A stretch of 59,392 nt of DNA from Octopus bimaculoides (taxonomy: Eukaryota), in NCBI RefSeq assembly GCF_001194135.2, contig NC_068982.1:94986640-95046031 (forward strand), given 5' to 3'. The translations under genes were made by a program, and so were the position numbers. Under the pieces are notes generated by a model. That model searched no databases, was not told where the DNA came from, and saw nothing but the letters and a program-made list of their open reading frames with translations. Of the stretch, positions 1-12,634 are shown in pieces; position 1 is the stretch's first letter; the number at the start of each line of letters is the position of its first letter.

Positions 1-113
1 GACACAGTAGCGTGTCGATAAGCCAGCTGGAGGAGATGTCCTCCTGGGCTAAAAGCAACAGTAACATCCACCCCTAGGTGTCAGCCACACTTAAGTGGCA
101 ATATACTACACTT

Positions 114-165
<52 letters not shown>

Positions 166-209
166 GGAATCATTTATATTATCATCTTTTATATTATAAT
201 TATATTTAG

Positions 210-400
210 AATTATTAAAGAATTTAATATTGCCACTATATCCCGCCTCCCGTAGGGCTTCATTATAATAAGGTGCGTGTTTTGGGAAAATCTCAAAATT
301 AGAAGACAGCAACGATATTCTTTTACCTATATTATTTATGCCGTTTGCGTACAACAAACATACCTATACGATATGACGGGAATTTACGGATAGTGATATT
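210..400 (-). mobile_element. Penelope-like element fragment, region C-terminal to the RT core
   Basis: Translation GKRISLLSSNFEIFPKHAPYYNEALREAGY resembles the PLE post-RT segment (RISxLSSxxEIFxxxxPxYxxALxxxGY); truncated by a (TA)n tract. Family assignment from motif recognition only. Confidence 0.6.
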
Positions 401-828
401 GTGCTGATTTGGTTGGGCCATCCCTGTAGAGTATAAATAAGGGTTAGATGGAGGCTGGCGTCACTAGTGCCTGCAGCGTGCATTTGTTGGAGCCTCGCTG
501 ATGCTGCTGACCGTCATGATATTATCAAGTACACGTAATCCTACGATATCTTCCTGCAGTATAACGATGTAGTTTTACTTATTCGATTCCGTCGATACTG
601 ATTAATTCAGCGATAATACATCCACCACATGCATTATATTATCAGGAGAGTTTCATCTACAATGCTGAATTTTAGAAATTGCAATAATGATAATTGACAT
701 TTGACGCATTCGAGATGTCTCTGTCGATGAGAGGCATTGCGGGTGTATGATCGATAAATAGTTTGAACTTCCACAGTCATTTCAAATAATATTCAATGTG
801 GTCACAAAACCGAGTACTCTCTAAACGT

Positions 829-1625
829 TCATTTTCCCAACTGAATGGAATGACTATCGGCCGCTCTCAGTTTTCTCAAAATATAGGCTACTTGTTTGAG
901 AAGTCGATAAAGACGTTGGTAAATATAAACTTCAATATCGTAGCTACCTACGTTTGCACTCACGATAGTTTCCTTGGATACGTCGAAGTACGCAAGAACT
1001 GGGGTACTGATACCAAATATATTCACTTCTTTATAGCTTTGTTGCCCCTTAAAACCACATGTGCTATTTGAACGAGGAACAAATCGACCCTGGTATTGAA
1101 TCTACCTCAGAATAATGTGAAATCGCTATACATTTTGTTGAAGGCTTTTGATTGCATAATTATCCAAATATATTCCTTCGTAGTTGAGGACCAAAGAACT
1201 TAAAATCTCATATTAGAATTTTAGTCTCGTTTAGTTTGAGGCCTGTTTCAATGAGTTTCTTCATAGATAAGCTAAGTTGTTTGTTGTGTCTTTCTGTAGT
1301 ATACACGACAAGGTCATTTTGGTGAATGCACATCCCACCAGCTCCCTCAAGCATACGTGGTATTTCGCACTGAAAGATCTCGGAGGCGCTCAAGATTCCA
1401 AACATGCGTCGTGTGAAGTAATATCGGCATCTAAGCGTTGTGAAAGTGATGAGTTCGCACTGGTGTGCTGACTCCACCTACCTGAAGCGTCAAAGCTTGA
1501 AAGTGTGTTGAGCCCGCTAGTTTAGGCAAAATATCCTCGATGATCAATAAGGGTAACAGGTTTGGATGTTGTGGTTCAGGCCTTTGTGGTCGATACAAAT
1601 GCTCTAAAATCCCCACTTTTGACAT
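829..1625 (-). mobile_element. Decayed Ty3/Gypsy LTR retrotransposon pol (RT and RNase H)
   Basis: Minus-strand frames give IEDILPKLAG, TFTTLRCRYYFTRRMFGILSASEIFQ...NDLVVY...GLKLNETK (Gypsy RT: TFxTPxGRYxFxRLPFGxxSAxEIFQ...DD...GLKLNxxK) and TPVLAYFDVSKETIVSA...QVAYILRKL...IQLGK (RNase H start). Frameshifted. Confidence 0.8.
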
Positions 1626-3329
1626 TACGTTATGTTAACCTTAGATAGCACAATGTATTATAACTTGACACAGTACCGAATGACTAATTGTATTCAAATC
1701 TAAATTATCGACTGTAACATTTATTATAAACAAGCTCACGCTTGACAGATGTGCAAGGAATGAAATAGTTCAAAATAAAGATAATCTTACAAAAGTATTT
1801 AAAAGTGGATGTTCAGGTTTAGAACTATGTGGATCATGTATCTGCTTGATCAACGGCCCACATCGGGTTAAACACTACTAACAAACTGCCAATCCATCAT
1901 TAATTCGTTCTTTTCAACAGTATTTTGTATCTCTTTCCTTCTTATAATATATATTTATATCTTATTTCTTCGTTTCTTATATATCTTCCTTTGTGTGTTT
2001 CTTTTGATACGTCTCTCAGTTTTATATTGTTAGATCAGGTTTTATGTTCTTTATTGTATTCTTAATGCTTTGTTCCTTTCACTTTCTCATTTTCTGATTT
2101 CGTCTCATATGATTTCTCACTTTAGCTCTAAGACTTCTCCAATTTCAGAATATACTTTACCAGAGTTGTAAGAAGATAAACTGCAATCACATAAAATAAC
2201 TTTAACTTGAGAGATCATTTGAAGAGATTCACACACTAATTTATCTTGTTTGTTTAAATTATCTCTCATATCCCAACATCTCGTATTCGAAGTCATTTTA
2301 TTCATGCAAAGGTATTTACTTTATTTATGGTAAGTACTCACATGATTTTAAAGCTTATCAAATTTACTCCATTGCATTCATCGAAGTATCTATTCGTTTG
2401 TCACCAGTTCCTTGTTATTTATATAATACTGTTGCTGATATCAAGTAGTGTTGGATATAACTAAATCCGTTAATAATTCACAAACGCCATTTTATCTTTT
2501 GTCTGTTCGTTTGACATATGCAATATATTGTTCTAGTAGTATTAGGCCTTTAGCAGTGGAGTAATGTTCATAATGTTTATGGCTGAAGGAAACGGAGACA
2601 GAGACACGATATGTTGATTTTGATATTTTTACAGTATTACTTTACGTTCAAAACTGCTATAGCGTCGTATGTTCAAATCACACGACAGGACCTTCATAGT
2701 GATTTTATATTTTGTCTTGACGTAATTAGCACACATCTCAAAACAAGACATGAGTTTTATCTCCAGTCCTATAGACACAATATTACAAGCTTTTACTCAG
2801 ACAGTGTGAACTGTAAACTCTCACCTCCATGTAAATCAATGTCATTTTTTCGCAAAGAGAAGATAACTCCCCTGCGGAACAGCGATTGGAAGTGTGTCTC
2901 ATTCATGGTTAAATAAAGTGTATTATTGTGGATTTGACCTTATTTCAGGAACTGAATTCCTGTTGTGGAATAAAGGTGCGATGAAAATATATTAGCCTAT
3001 TTACTGAATGAATAATGAAAAAAACTGCGGTCTTTTAGTGTATTCCTGATACATAATATTTGTTTCTCGTAGACGCTAGCCATTGTTTCAGATAAAATGC
3101 TATCCCTCACACGGCTGCTTCCAGAATTAAAACATCTTGCAATTTTTTTCTATATATAGATTAACGTGTTAAAGGTTGTGCGTCTCAGTTCAGTTTTTTA
3201 TTCAGTTCTCGGCAAATAACGAATGATAAAGGAATTGAGATGTCATGCACAATCAAGAGCGATATCTCACCGATATTCGTGCCGTATATTTCGCCCTCAA
3301 AAATCTGAAGAACATGGGATTGACGAATA

Positions 3330-3440
3330 GTTGGTAAATATTACGATTCAACATTTATACAAGGTCGTGAGTTCACTACTCGAGGGTGGGGTCGTTTCCT
3401 TGAGCAAGACACTATTTTATACTTCAACAGTTCAGTCAGC
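3330..3440 (+). mobile_element. Degenerate tRNA-derived SINE fragment (family with CCTTGAGCAAGACACT core)
   Basis: B-box-like GTGAGTTCAC followed by TTCCTTGAGCAAGACACT; a related core occurs in reverse at about 43470. Confidence 0.4.
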
Positions 3441-3842
3441 TAGGAAAAATGAGTTGTACCTGTATTTCATTAAATGGACAGCCTTGTCAAATTCTGGACC
3501 ACACTGAACCTCCTCGAGGTTCTTTTCGATTTTCTACCGCTCCTTCAATGAAGTCTGCCTCTCGGATTAGGTTAATCCTCGTAGCATCATCTCAAGCACT
3601 GTCGACCGATTTATCTCTTTTCGTCTCATGACCTATTCTGCTATTTTGCTTCCAGCTAGATCTGATATTAGCCCATACTTTTCTTTTATATCTTCCCAGA
3701 ATGTCAACCGTCTGCTTATGTCTTTCCTGCAGACATCAGAAAGATACCGGATGCAAGTCTTATCTCTAGACCAAACTAATAATAATGATTTCATATTTCC
3801 GAACAAACAAGGGCAGTAATTTTAGAAAAAGGTTAAGTCAAA

Positions 3843-4000
3843 ATATTAACCCTACTGCTCCACTGAGGCTTATTTTATCGAACCCAAAAAGATGAAATGT
3901 AACAGCAACTTTGGCGGAATGTGAATTCAGAACATATAGACAAACGAAATGTCGCTAAGTATTTTGTCCGTCGTGCTAACGTTTCTGCTGTTCGCCGCAT
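3843..4000 (-). mobile_element. tRNA-derived SINE, family A
   Basis: Reverse complement matches the copies at 5781 and 6011 (TTATCGAxCCxAAAAGATGAAA...GGCGGAATxTGAATTCAGAAC...GCTAACGTTTCTGC). Confidence 0.75.
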
Positions 4001-4020
4001 TGGACTAAACTAATAAAAAT

Positions 4021-4192
4021 GGTTTCAAACTGGGGCACAAAGCCAGCAAAGTATAAGTCGATTCCATCGACTCCTGAAAGGATGAAAGGAAAAGTCGACC
4101 TCAGCGGATTTTGAAATCAGAAAATAAAGTCAGACAAATGCCGCTAAAGCATTGTGTCCGGCCGGTAACAATTTTGACGGCTCGCAGCCTTA
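4021..4192 (-). mobile_element. tRNA-derived SINE, family A
   Basis: ATCGACTCCTGAAAGGATGAAAGGAAAAGTCGACCTCAGCGGATTTTGAAATCAGAA matches the family core in reverse. Confidence 0.75.
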
Positions 4193-4230
4193 ACTAAACA
4201 AATAGTGATAAAATTGTTACCCTCTAAGTA

Positions 4231-4790
4231 CGAGGGTTGGCTTAGAAGTAGAGAAGGCTGACCAAGATATCCTCATGGAATGTGACAAGATGAAGTTTAT
4301 TTTTCAACATTGTCCCGATGCGGTCCATACACTTATTCTGTCGGTGTTGCAGAGCTTGGATTCCATTGGTGAAGAAGCGTTCACCCTACTGGTCACAAGT
4401 GTCATCAATAAGCGCATATGACGTTATCAACACACCGACAGTGGTTCCAAGCCAAGTGTCTTTTCATGTTGGAGAGCAGATAATAGACAGATGGGGCAGA
4501 TCCAGACTATAGGGAGGTGATCAACCAGTTCAAATCCACAGCTGCGCACAGCAGCCTTTGAAACCCAGGACTTGTATACTGGGACATTGTCCTGATGAAA
4601 CAAAACCCTTTTTACCAATTTTAATGAGCTTTTGGTCTTGATAGCCTCAATAAGCTGGCATAGTACTTTTCGTTGGTGGCGTGGAACTTTTGAAAATAAT
4701 CAATAAACCCTATGCGTTTTGCATCCGAAAAAACTGACGTCTTTATCTTCCCTGCACATGAAATTATCGTGGCCTACTATGGAGCTAGTA
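4231..4790 (-). mobile_element. mariner (DD34D-type) transposon, partial and decayed
   Basis: Begins TA|CGAGGG (mariner-like terminus); minus translation VLFHQDNVPVYKS...CGFELVDH matches HQDNAPxH...GFELxxHPPYSPD. Confidence 0.8.
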
Positions 4791-5780
4791 TGGAGAGATG
4801 TTTCCACTGAATTGATTGTTTATTTGTCGTTGCGGATTAAAACACAATACCAAATTTTGTAAATTGCCAACTGAAGTCCCTTCTACTTACATTTCATGTC
4901 AGTTTACCTGGAAATAAGCATTACATTCATTAATAAATAGAGTTGAAATTAATGCAAGCAAGATTTCACAGCTCCTTCATAGTCACCTATGTATTTTTCA
5001 ACCTGCCTTCTTGTTTGAAGTACAAGCTTGAGAAAGGTACCCAATTCACAATATGTTGCAGTATAGTTCTGAAATGCTCACGGAGTTAAAGTTTTTGAAA
5101 TATCACATAAAATATTAAATGCTCAGATTACATCATAAAACATAGCCAAAGTCCTATAGAATTTATATTTATTTTAAACGAAAATAAGGGACATCTCCAA
5201 TAATTCAAAAAGAGAATTAGTAAATGTTAATTTTGTGGAAATTGCATTTATTTAAATACTTAAAGAAAAGCAGCGAGAATTATTAATTTGGAGAATAGTG
5301 GTCTAGTTTTCTTTTTCACACTGTTATTAGAAATTTGCGATTGTAGTCATTGCCGGAACGGATTAGACATTTAATTAAAATATTACCAATCCTACTCAAT
5401 CCCCCCCACCCAAAATAATCTCACGTTGCTCCTGAATAATTAATAACAAATATAGAGTTTATGTAGTGACTGTTGTGAAGCAAAAGTAAGCTCCACACAG
5501 GCCAAGCTTATGTCTGAAGTCTGCTATTAGTTTTTAGTTTCTTCACTTCACTTAAGACAGTAATGTAGTTTGGAAAATCGTGAAAACCATATTAACGGAT
5601 TCTTTTGTTTTAATAGAATTTGTGGTTTTGTCCATTATCAATGTTTAATTTTTAGGCACTAATGAAAGAAAAGGGTTTCAAAATATATTAAGTAAATATG
5701 ATTCATGCATCATGAATAATATATTTGCTCGTAAAAGATGAGCTAAAGTGCACATAAGTAATTCATTATCCTATTCTTAA

Positions 5781-5997
5781 GGAGGCGAGCTGGCAGAATC
5801 GTTAGCACGCCGGGTGAAATGCTTTGTGTTATTTCGTCTATCTTTACGTTCTGAGTTCAAATTCCGTCACGGTCGACTTTGCCTTTCATCCCTTTTGTGG
5901 TCGATAAATTAAGCACCAGTAGCGTACTGAGATAGATCCAATTGACAGACCCCCTCCCCGCAAAATTTCGGGGTTTGTGTCTCGAGTAGAAAAGAAT
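5781..5997 (+). mobile_element. tRNA-derived SINE, family A, full length
   Basis: Head GGAGGCGAGCTGGCAGAATCGTTAG (A-box-like), B-box GAGTTCAAATTCC, core GCCTTTCATCC...GGTCGATAAATTAAGCACCAG, tail AGTAGAAAAGAAT. Confidence 0.85.
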
Positions 5998-6010
5998 ATT
6001 CCATTATTAA

Positions 6011-6222
6011 GGCGGCGAGCTGGCAGAAACTTAAGCACGCCAGGCGAAATGCTTATCGTTATGTCGTCTGTCTTTACGTTCTGAGTTCAAATTCTGCCGA
6101 GGTCGATTTGTCTTTCATCCTTTCGGGGTCGATAAATTAAGTATCAGTAGCTACTGGGGTATATCTAATCGACTGGGCCCCTCCTCTAAAATTTCGGGCC
6201 TTGTACCGTGAGTAGATACGAA
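6011..6222 (+). mobile_element. tRNA-derived SINE, family A, full length, tandem with the previous copy
   Basis: Same head, B-box, core and tail as 5781-5997. Confidence 0.85.
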
Positions 6223-7854
6223 CATTCCATTATCAGCCCATTCATCTTCAAATTGAAATATCTTAACTATTTCTCCTTTATCTCGTTTACTTGTTTTAAT
6301 CATTAGACTGAAGCCATGCTATGGTAGTACGTTGAGAGATATTTTAATCGAACAAATTAACTCTTGTACTAATTAATTTTGTAAGGTCTGGAACTTATTC
6401 TATCGGATACCTTTGCCGAAGAGCTGAGATACGATGATGTAAACAATGCAACACCAGTTGTCAAGCCGTGTGAGTGGTGAAAAACACAAGAACACGTACA
6501 CAAAAATACACAACACACACGCACACACACACACATATATGCTGTGTATTTGCTTGGGCTTCTACAGTTTCCCTCTACTAATTTTAACTGACAAACCATT
6601 GGTCGTCTCCTGGCTATTGTAGATGACACTTGCCTACGAGCCACAAGTGAGACTGAAAGTGAAACCACATAATTACAAACGAGTTTCTTAACCACAAAGC
6701 TATACCTGCACCCACAGTCATTTATATTTTATTAAACATTATCCTTACCCAGTTAAATTGCTAATTGAATAAATAATACATATAATTTTGAGAAATCAAT
6801 AGAATTCTAGATGTTGAATACATTATGATAAGAAACCATTTATAATATAAATGATTATTTCAACAACGGCAGCCCGAAGCATAAAAGTGAGTCTTTATAA
6901 TCAAATTAATGCTAACTGATATTTTAAGAATAATTTGTTTATTGCCTGTATTATTGTTTCTGATTATTTTTTATGATATGTAGTAATTATATTTTGGTAT
7001 GGTAATAAACGGTTTTATTAGTGTTACATCCAACTAGACTTCAATCTAGATTATCAGGTAAACGACCAAGCTGTTTGAATGAGTTAATAATTCAGATCTT
7101 AGTACCTGTCAAAGCTTGGTGTTTGTGGTCAAATCTTCTAATTATCAGATGCCCATATTTAGCAATTAGTTTAATGGCTCGCGGTATTTGCTTCAAAGCA
7201 TGCAGTGTAATTACGTCTAGAATAAAAGTGTTTAGAGAGCACGCTTTCGATTTCATAGTTCTAAACTTCTTAACGTTGATATAAAAAAAAACCTCGCTCA
7301 GGATATTAGAATAACTTCGTACAGCCATGATTATTATGAGTCACAGTTATTACCTTTGCACTAGGCTCCACGTTTTCATTGTAGAGTTGATAACTTTTGA
7401 AATAAACTTGCCAAAATTTAAAGTCAGTCATATGGTATTCGCCTCACTTTGTTATTTACTCGTACTGCAGCATAAAAGGCCGGTTAGTGGGAAGAATCAG
7501 TAGGGAATCGTAGTAAACTCTATTAATGATTTCAAATCTCATATTGGATTCTAATACATTGCTAGATTCAAACGACAAGATTCTACCCACACTTTTCTAT
7601 ACAATGGCCATCATTTTTCTCAAGCACAGTCGACCATAGTTGAGAATATTTAGCTCTATACACTATCGGATAAAGAAAAGATATATTTTACGTTGATTCT
7701 TTTGGGAAAAAAATAGCACCGTTAATGTAATAATTTGCAACTGTCAGACACAGTTAAGCCAACACTTTTGAGGTTATCACGACATGATCTATAGAACTCA
7801 TTATTTGTCACATATTTTAGTGTCGGTATTTCTTGTTATAGTATAATTATGAAA

Positions 7855-7895
<41 letters not shown>

Positions 7896-9194
7896 CGAAG
7901 AAGAACCTCATTTAAATTGTGTAAACACTGCTGATACATATCTTGCAAAAACGAAATAACTAAAATAAAAAGGACGTCAATGTATATACGCAAACAATGT
8001 AATGGAGACGTAAGACACCTAGAGAGTCAGACAATATGCTCTGTAGTATTTATTTATGTTTTTTTTTATCTTCGGAATTAGAATAATGTCAACGTTGCAG
8101 TTCACCTTCCCGGAATCGATAAAATTGCCACTTACCTAACCATGTGGATATAATCATATATAGAACCACCAAGAAAATGTACCTTTTGCCATTTATTGGA
8201 ACCGCTACTAACATAAAGTATCAAGGCTCGCCATTGAAAGAGGGATTTCAAATCACGCCAAATCAGGAATTTGCTTTGTAGAGTTAATATCATTCAAATA
8301 TGCACTATAAATGTTCAGGAGGTCGGAGAAATGACTGCTATTCTACTTAATCAAAATACATATTCAAGTTAATCTACATTTAACCGAACTGTTCTAATCA
8401 TCTTTTAAGCAGTTATCGTTATTCCTGTTTAGGTATAGACGAAACTTTATCTAGCACAAATAATCAAAGGTACTTCAACCATGATCCTCTCTTTCGGTCT
8501 TTTTAGAGTGTGCCTTGAATTATATTATCCAGTGAGTCACCTGGTAGTAGCGAGTTTTTCAAGGAGAGTTTTACTACAGTTTATAGGACGTCAATCAGCC
8601 ATGTAAATCATATCAACAGCTCATTCAATCCAGCAAGTAGTACAGAGCTGTGAAGTGCACCTAGTTATCTGATCCGTGTTGCAATTTCGATTTGCTTTAC
8701 AGGGTCTTTTTCCGTTGTTTCGTTGAAAAATGGTGTCGGAAACACTTCCAAATGATAAAATGGTATATTTAAAGAGTACGAGACATTTTCACGCCAAAAT
8801 TTGTCAATTTCATTTCTTTAATCGGAAAGAATTACTTAATTTTAATTGCTAATCTTTAGTTTTTAATCAATTCGTCACTTCAAGTTAGTTATTATTAAAC
8901 TTGGTTCGTTAGTGCACTTGTGCATTAACTTGTATAAAATATCATCAAGAAGTCAGTTGGAATTAATTGCACTCATGATAGCTTAATTAATTACAGGTAT
9001 GCAAACTATGTCATTAATGTTCGAAACTAATATATACGTTTCTATATTATTTCGTCATTAGAAATGTTTGTTGTTTTAATTGAAGTCATCAGTAACGACA
9101 TATATGTGTGTGCGGTCAAATTACAATTTTAGTTATCTTTCTAGGAAGCAACAGTAAACGCTTAGTTAAATAAGATCTAACATTTTTTATTCTT

Positions 9195-9340
9195 GGGCAG
9201 TGGTGGTTGGTAGAATCGTTAAGGCAGTGAAGAAACTGTCTAACAGTATCTACTTATCGTCTGGTTTCAACGTTTCCTTTCTTTAAGTGCATCGCTGTAA
9301 GTACCAGTCAAATACTAATGACGAAAGCTCTATTTAACTG
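9195..9340 (+). mobile_element. Highly degenerate SINE family A-like copy
   Basis: GTTGGTAGAATCGTTAAGGC head and TAAGTACCAGT core remnant. Confidence 0.4.
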
Positions 9341-10437
9341 TTCAAACCGCAAATTTTAGAATGTAATCACTTAAGGCGGGAATATGGAAAGGCATCACTC
9401 ATGACTTTTTCAGGGCTATCAGAATTGGTAAATGGAAAGGAGTAAGTTGTCTTCAGACAAGAGATCTGGTTTCAATCTTGGAAAAGAGTGGCATCCATTA
9501 CAGATGCTTAAAACAAAATGTTGGTAGGAGTGGTGTTAAAATGAGCGAAAGATGGAGTACATCCACCGAGGACAAGATGATTTCTCTGAAGCGCTTACAT
9601 ACGGATTCAATCAACAAGATCTTATTTTTAATGGTTTAGTCATCCAGAAGCTAAAGTAAAATTTTATCACGCAAGGTTTCATGCGGAAATATCGAAAATT
9701 CATGATCACACTACCTGATATTTTTCTACTTCTATTGTCGTTTTGCTGTATTCATTTATCTTCTAGTTCCCTGGGATCAATAAAAGAAGAACCAGTAATG
9801 TGAGTCGATTCAAAAGACGATCAAAACCAATTTTATTTTGGTGACTTAGCATCAAAAACTGTAATTAGTAAACGTCTACCTTCCTTTTAATTTCTAATTC
9901 AACTTAAGATAAATTTCTCTGTTACCATCCTTGATGATTCGATAAAATATGTATGCAAGAAACAAAGCCGGATCAACTCACTGTACACAGTTAAATAATT
10001 AGTGACTTTTGCGAGATTTACAAATAATTTTTCATTGCTCTTACATTGAATGTGTGCTGTATTTACAGTCGAGAGGGTAAAACTATTGCAGTAAACCAGA
10101 TGTTTCAACACAATTGAAATAATGAAAAAGTGTCTTCTATTGCAATCTTTTTAAACAGCTGCAATCAATCGTAAAAAATAATTAATATCTAATTGCTTGC
10201 CAAACTTTGCAGTGATGGTAGTTTCTCAGTATTTCATCTGAGAAACAATTTTTGATTTCTGCACAAGCCACAGTACACTATTGCATTAAACTAGCGGAGG
10301 GGGGGGGACATCGCCCTTCAGTGAAATGACTGTTATGAAACAACATTAAAACATTTGATAACTTTTAAGAATTTATAAGAAAAACCGAAATTTACAAAAC
10401 AGTGAAACGTGTAAATCATACTTTGCAAGATGTAAGT

Positions 10438-11195
10438 NNNNNNNNNNNNNNNNNNNNNNNNNNNNNNNNNNNNNNNNNNNNNNNNNNNNNNNNNNNNNNN
10501 NNNNNNNNNNNNNNNNNNNNNNNNNNNNNNNNNNNNNNNNNNNNNNNNNNNNNNNNNNNNNNNNNNNNNNNNNNNNNNNNNNNNNNNNNNNNNNNNNNNN
10601 NNNNNNNNNNNNNNNNNNNNNNNNNNNNNNNNNNNNNNNNNNNNNNNNNNNNNNNNNNNNNNNNNNNNNNNNNNNNNNNNNNNNNNNNNNNNNNNNNNNN
10701 NNNNNNNNNNNNNNNNNNNNNNNNNNNNNNNNNNNNNNNNNNNNNNNNNNNNNNNNNNNNNNNNNNNNNNNNNNNNNNNNNNNNNNNNNNNNNNNNNNNN
10801 NNNNNNNNNNNNNNNNNNNNNNNNNNNNNNNNNNNNNNNNNNNNNNNNNNNNNNNNNNNNNNNNNNNNNNNNNNNNNNNNNNNNNNNNNNNNNNNNNNNN
10901 NNNNNNNNNNNNNNNNNNNNNNNNNNNNNNNNNNNNNNNNNNNNNNNNNNNNNNNNNNNNNNNNNNNNNNNNNNNNNNNNNNNNNNNNNNNNNNNNNNNN
11001 NNNNNNNNNNNNNNNNNNNNNNNNNNNNNNNNNNNNNNNNNNNNNNNNNNNNNNNNNNNNNNNNNNNNNNNNNNNNNNNNNNNNNNNNNNNNNNNNNNNN
11101 NNNNNNNNNNNNNNNNNNNNNNNNNNNNNNNNNNNNNNNNNNNNNNNNNNNNNNNNNNNNNNNNNNNNNNNNNNNNNNNNNNNNNNNNNNNNNNN
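10438..11195. other. Assembly gap (N run)
   Basis: Direct. Other gaps: 14918-14927, 15327-16239, 17057-17682, 20391-20805, 21227-21236, 39114-39588, 41429-41537, 54096-54105, 55641-56219. Confidence 0.99.
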
Positions 11196-11230
<35 letters not shown>

Positions 11231-11247
11231 CATTTTTATCTGTCTAT

Positions 11248-11681
11248 ACCTGCTGAATCGAGTACCGCTTCTAGCCTGCTTAGATAGGCAATTTCAACAC
11301 TTCATTCCCATTTGCACTTCAAGCCGGACTTTTAGCGGTAAACATACCTGAGCCCTTATTGTACACACCCATTAATATATGTCAATCGGCGTATACGCCT
11401 TGCATTTACTCTATCTCACGCGCTTAGGCACTGAGCATTTATACACAACACGGGAAAGCAATTCCTAAACATATCACTTATTGATATACTAGGATAACTA
11501 TTTTATGCTTTGTTTATACTTCATTTGTACTTTTCATTATGAAGTTCATTCTCTATCTATTTACACCTGCTGAATTTGGTCCCGCTTCTAGCCGCCTTGA
11601 ATAGCAAATTCAACACCTTATTCCCATTTGTGGGAGCTTGAAGTGCAAATGGAGATGAGGTGTTGAAATTGCCTATCCAAG
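11248..11681. repeat. Direct plus inverted repeat cluster
   Basis: 11248-11314 is repeated directly at 11565-11630; 11279-11323 recurs inverted at 11637-11681 (41/45 identical by eye). Confidence 0.85.
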
Positions 11682-12559
11682 AATAATTACGTATAAAACC
11701 TGCTCACATCAACTTAACAATTTCTGGTTTTAGTTACATCTTTCGAGAATTTTGTTCCCGTATAATTTGTGCACCTTGGCTTATAATCTACTGTCGAACT
11801 TATTTCATGTAAGATTTCAATATTCCATTGTCTTCAATGTGCACCTAAAATCCTTCTAAAAGGATTATCGGTGCACCTACAAAATTTCAACACGAAAATG
11901 AAGAGACATAACTATTTTACATATTTTCTTTCCAGCTCTCACCTGATTCAGTTATCTCTCATGCTTTCTACCTTTGCTAAAAGCTTATCCCGAAATATTA
12001 ATGTAATTCATATAGCAGATTCATTACAGTCATTTCACCAAAATTTAATGTTTACTTTGGAAATTATTATAATTGTGTTTTATACTCTTTAAATTTAATT
12101 ATAAATGAGTTTGACATAACTTGAATAATTTTACTATAATTTCTAAATTTATGTAGGACATCTAAGAAACCAGTGTAGCAATGAGATGATTCCAGTACTA
12201 ATATAAATGAAAAACTGTTATATATTTTGGTGAAATTATTGCTCCGACATAGGTGAGTAGGCTTCATTTTTAAAGTTCTAAATAATTGTATCATAAATTT
12301 TCTTTGATCAGCCATTCTCTTTATTATTATAACGTAACTATTGAGTACACTATATTAACTAATATCCTTTGCTAATATAGCACAAATTATTTACCTATCC
12401 AGATTTTAACAAAGATATGATATAATGCAATGAGTTTTAATGTAGAGTTTCTATTATTAATTGCGACATAAAGTTTAATCACCCTCAAGAATGCTACCCA
12501 TTTCATATTGTTGGAATTTATTAGAGATTTAACATGAATCAACTAACCGGATTGTGAAA

Positions 12560-12593
12560 TTTTACTTTTTATCTTCTGATTTTTCTCTTTCAG
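12560..12593 (+). promoter_or_regulatory. 3' splice acceptor of the GPCR coding exon
   Basis: Polypyrimidine tract TTTTACTTTTTATCTTCTGATTTTTCTCTTTCAG ending at 12593, 41 nt before the ATG at 12635. Confidence 0.7.
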
Positions 12594-12634
12594 GTATCCT
12601 CTTAAACAAACCGTCAAATAACAGCAGTGTTACG

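Noticed and set aside
1-105. GC-richer segment at the window start, possibly a LINE 3' end
   Set aside because: Too short and truncated to assign.
3449-3760. Coding-like stretch on the minus strand
   Set aside because: Interrupted by stops, with no recognisable motif.
5781-6222. SINE heads as tRNA genes
   Set aside because: A and B boxes are present, but there is no cloverleaf and they continue into a repeated core.
9040-9100. Minus-strand CTGATGA...GACGAAA
   Set aside because: No credible stem II or cleavage triplet.
12554-12634. GPCR start at the track's GTG 12554
   Set aside because: A non-ATG start inside a polypyrimidine splice-acceptor tract.
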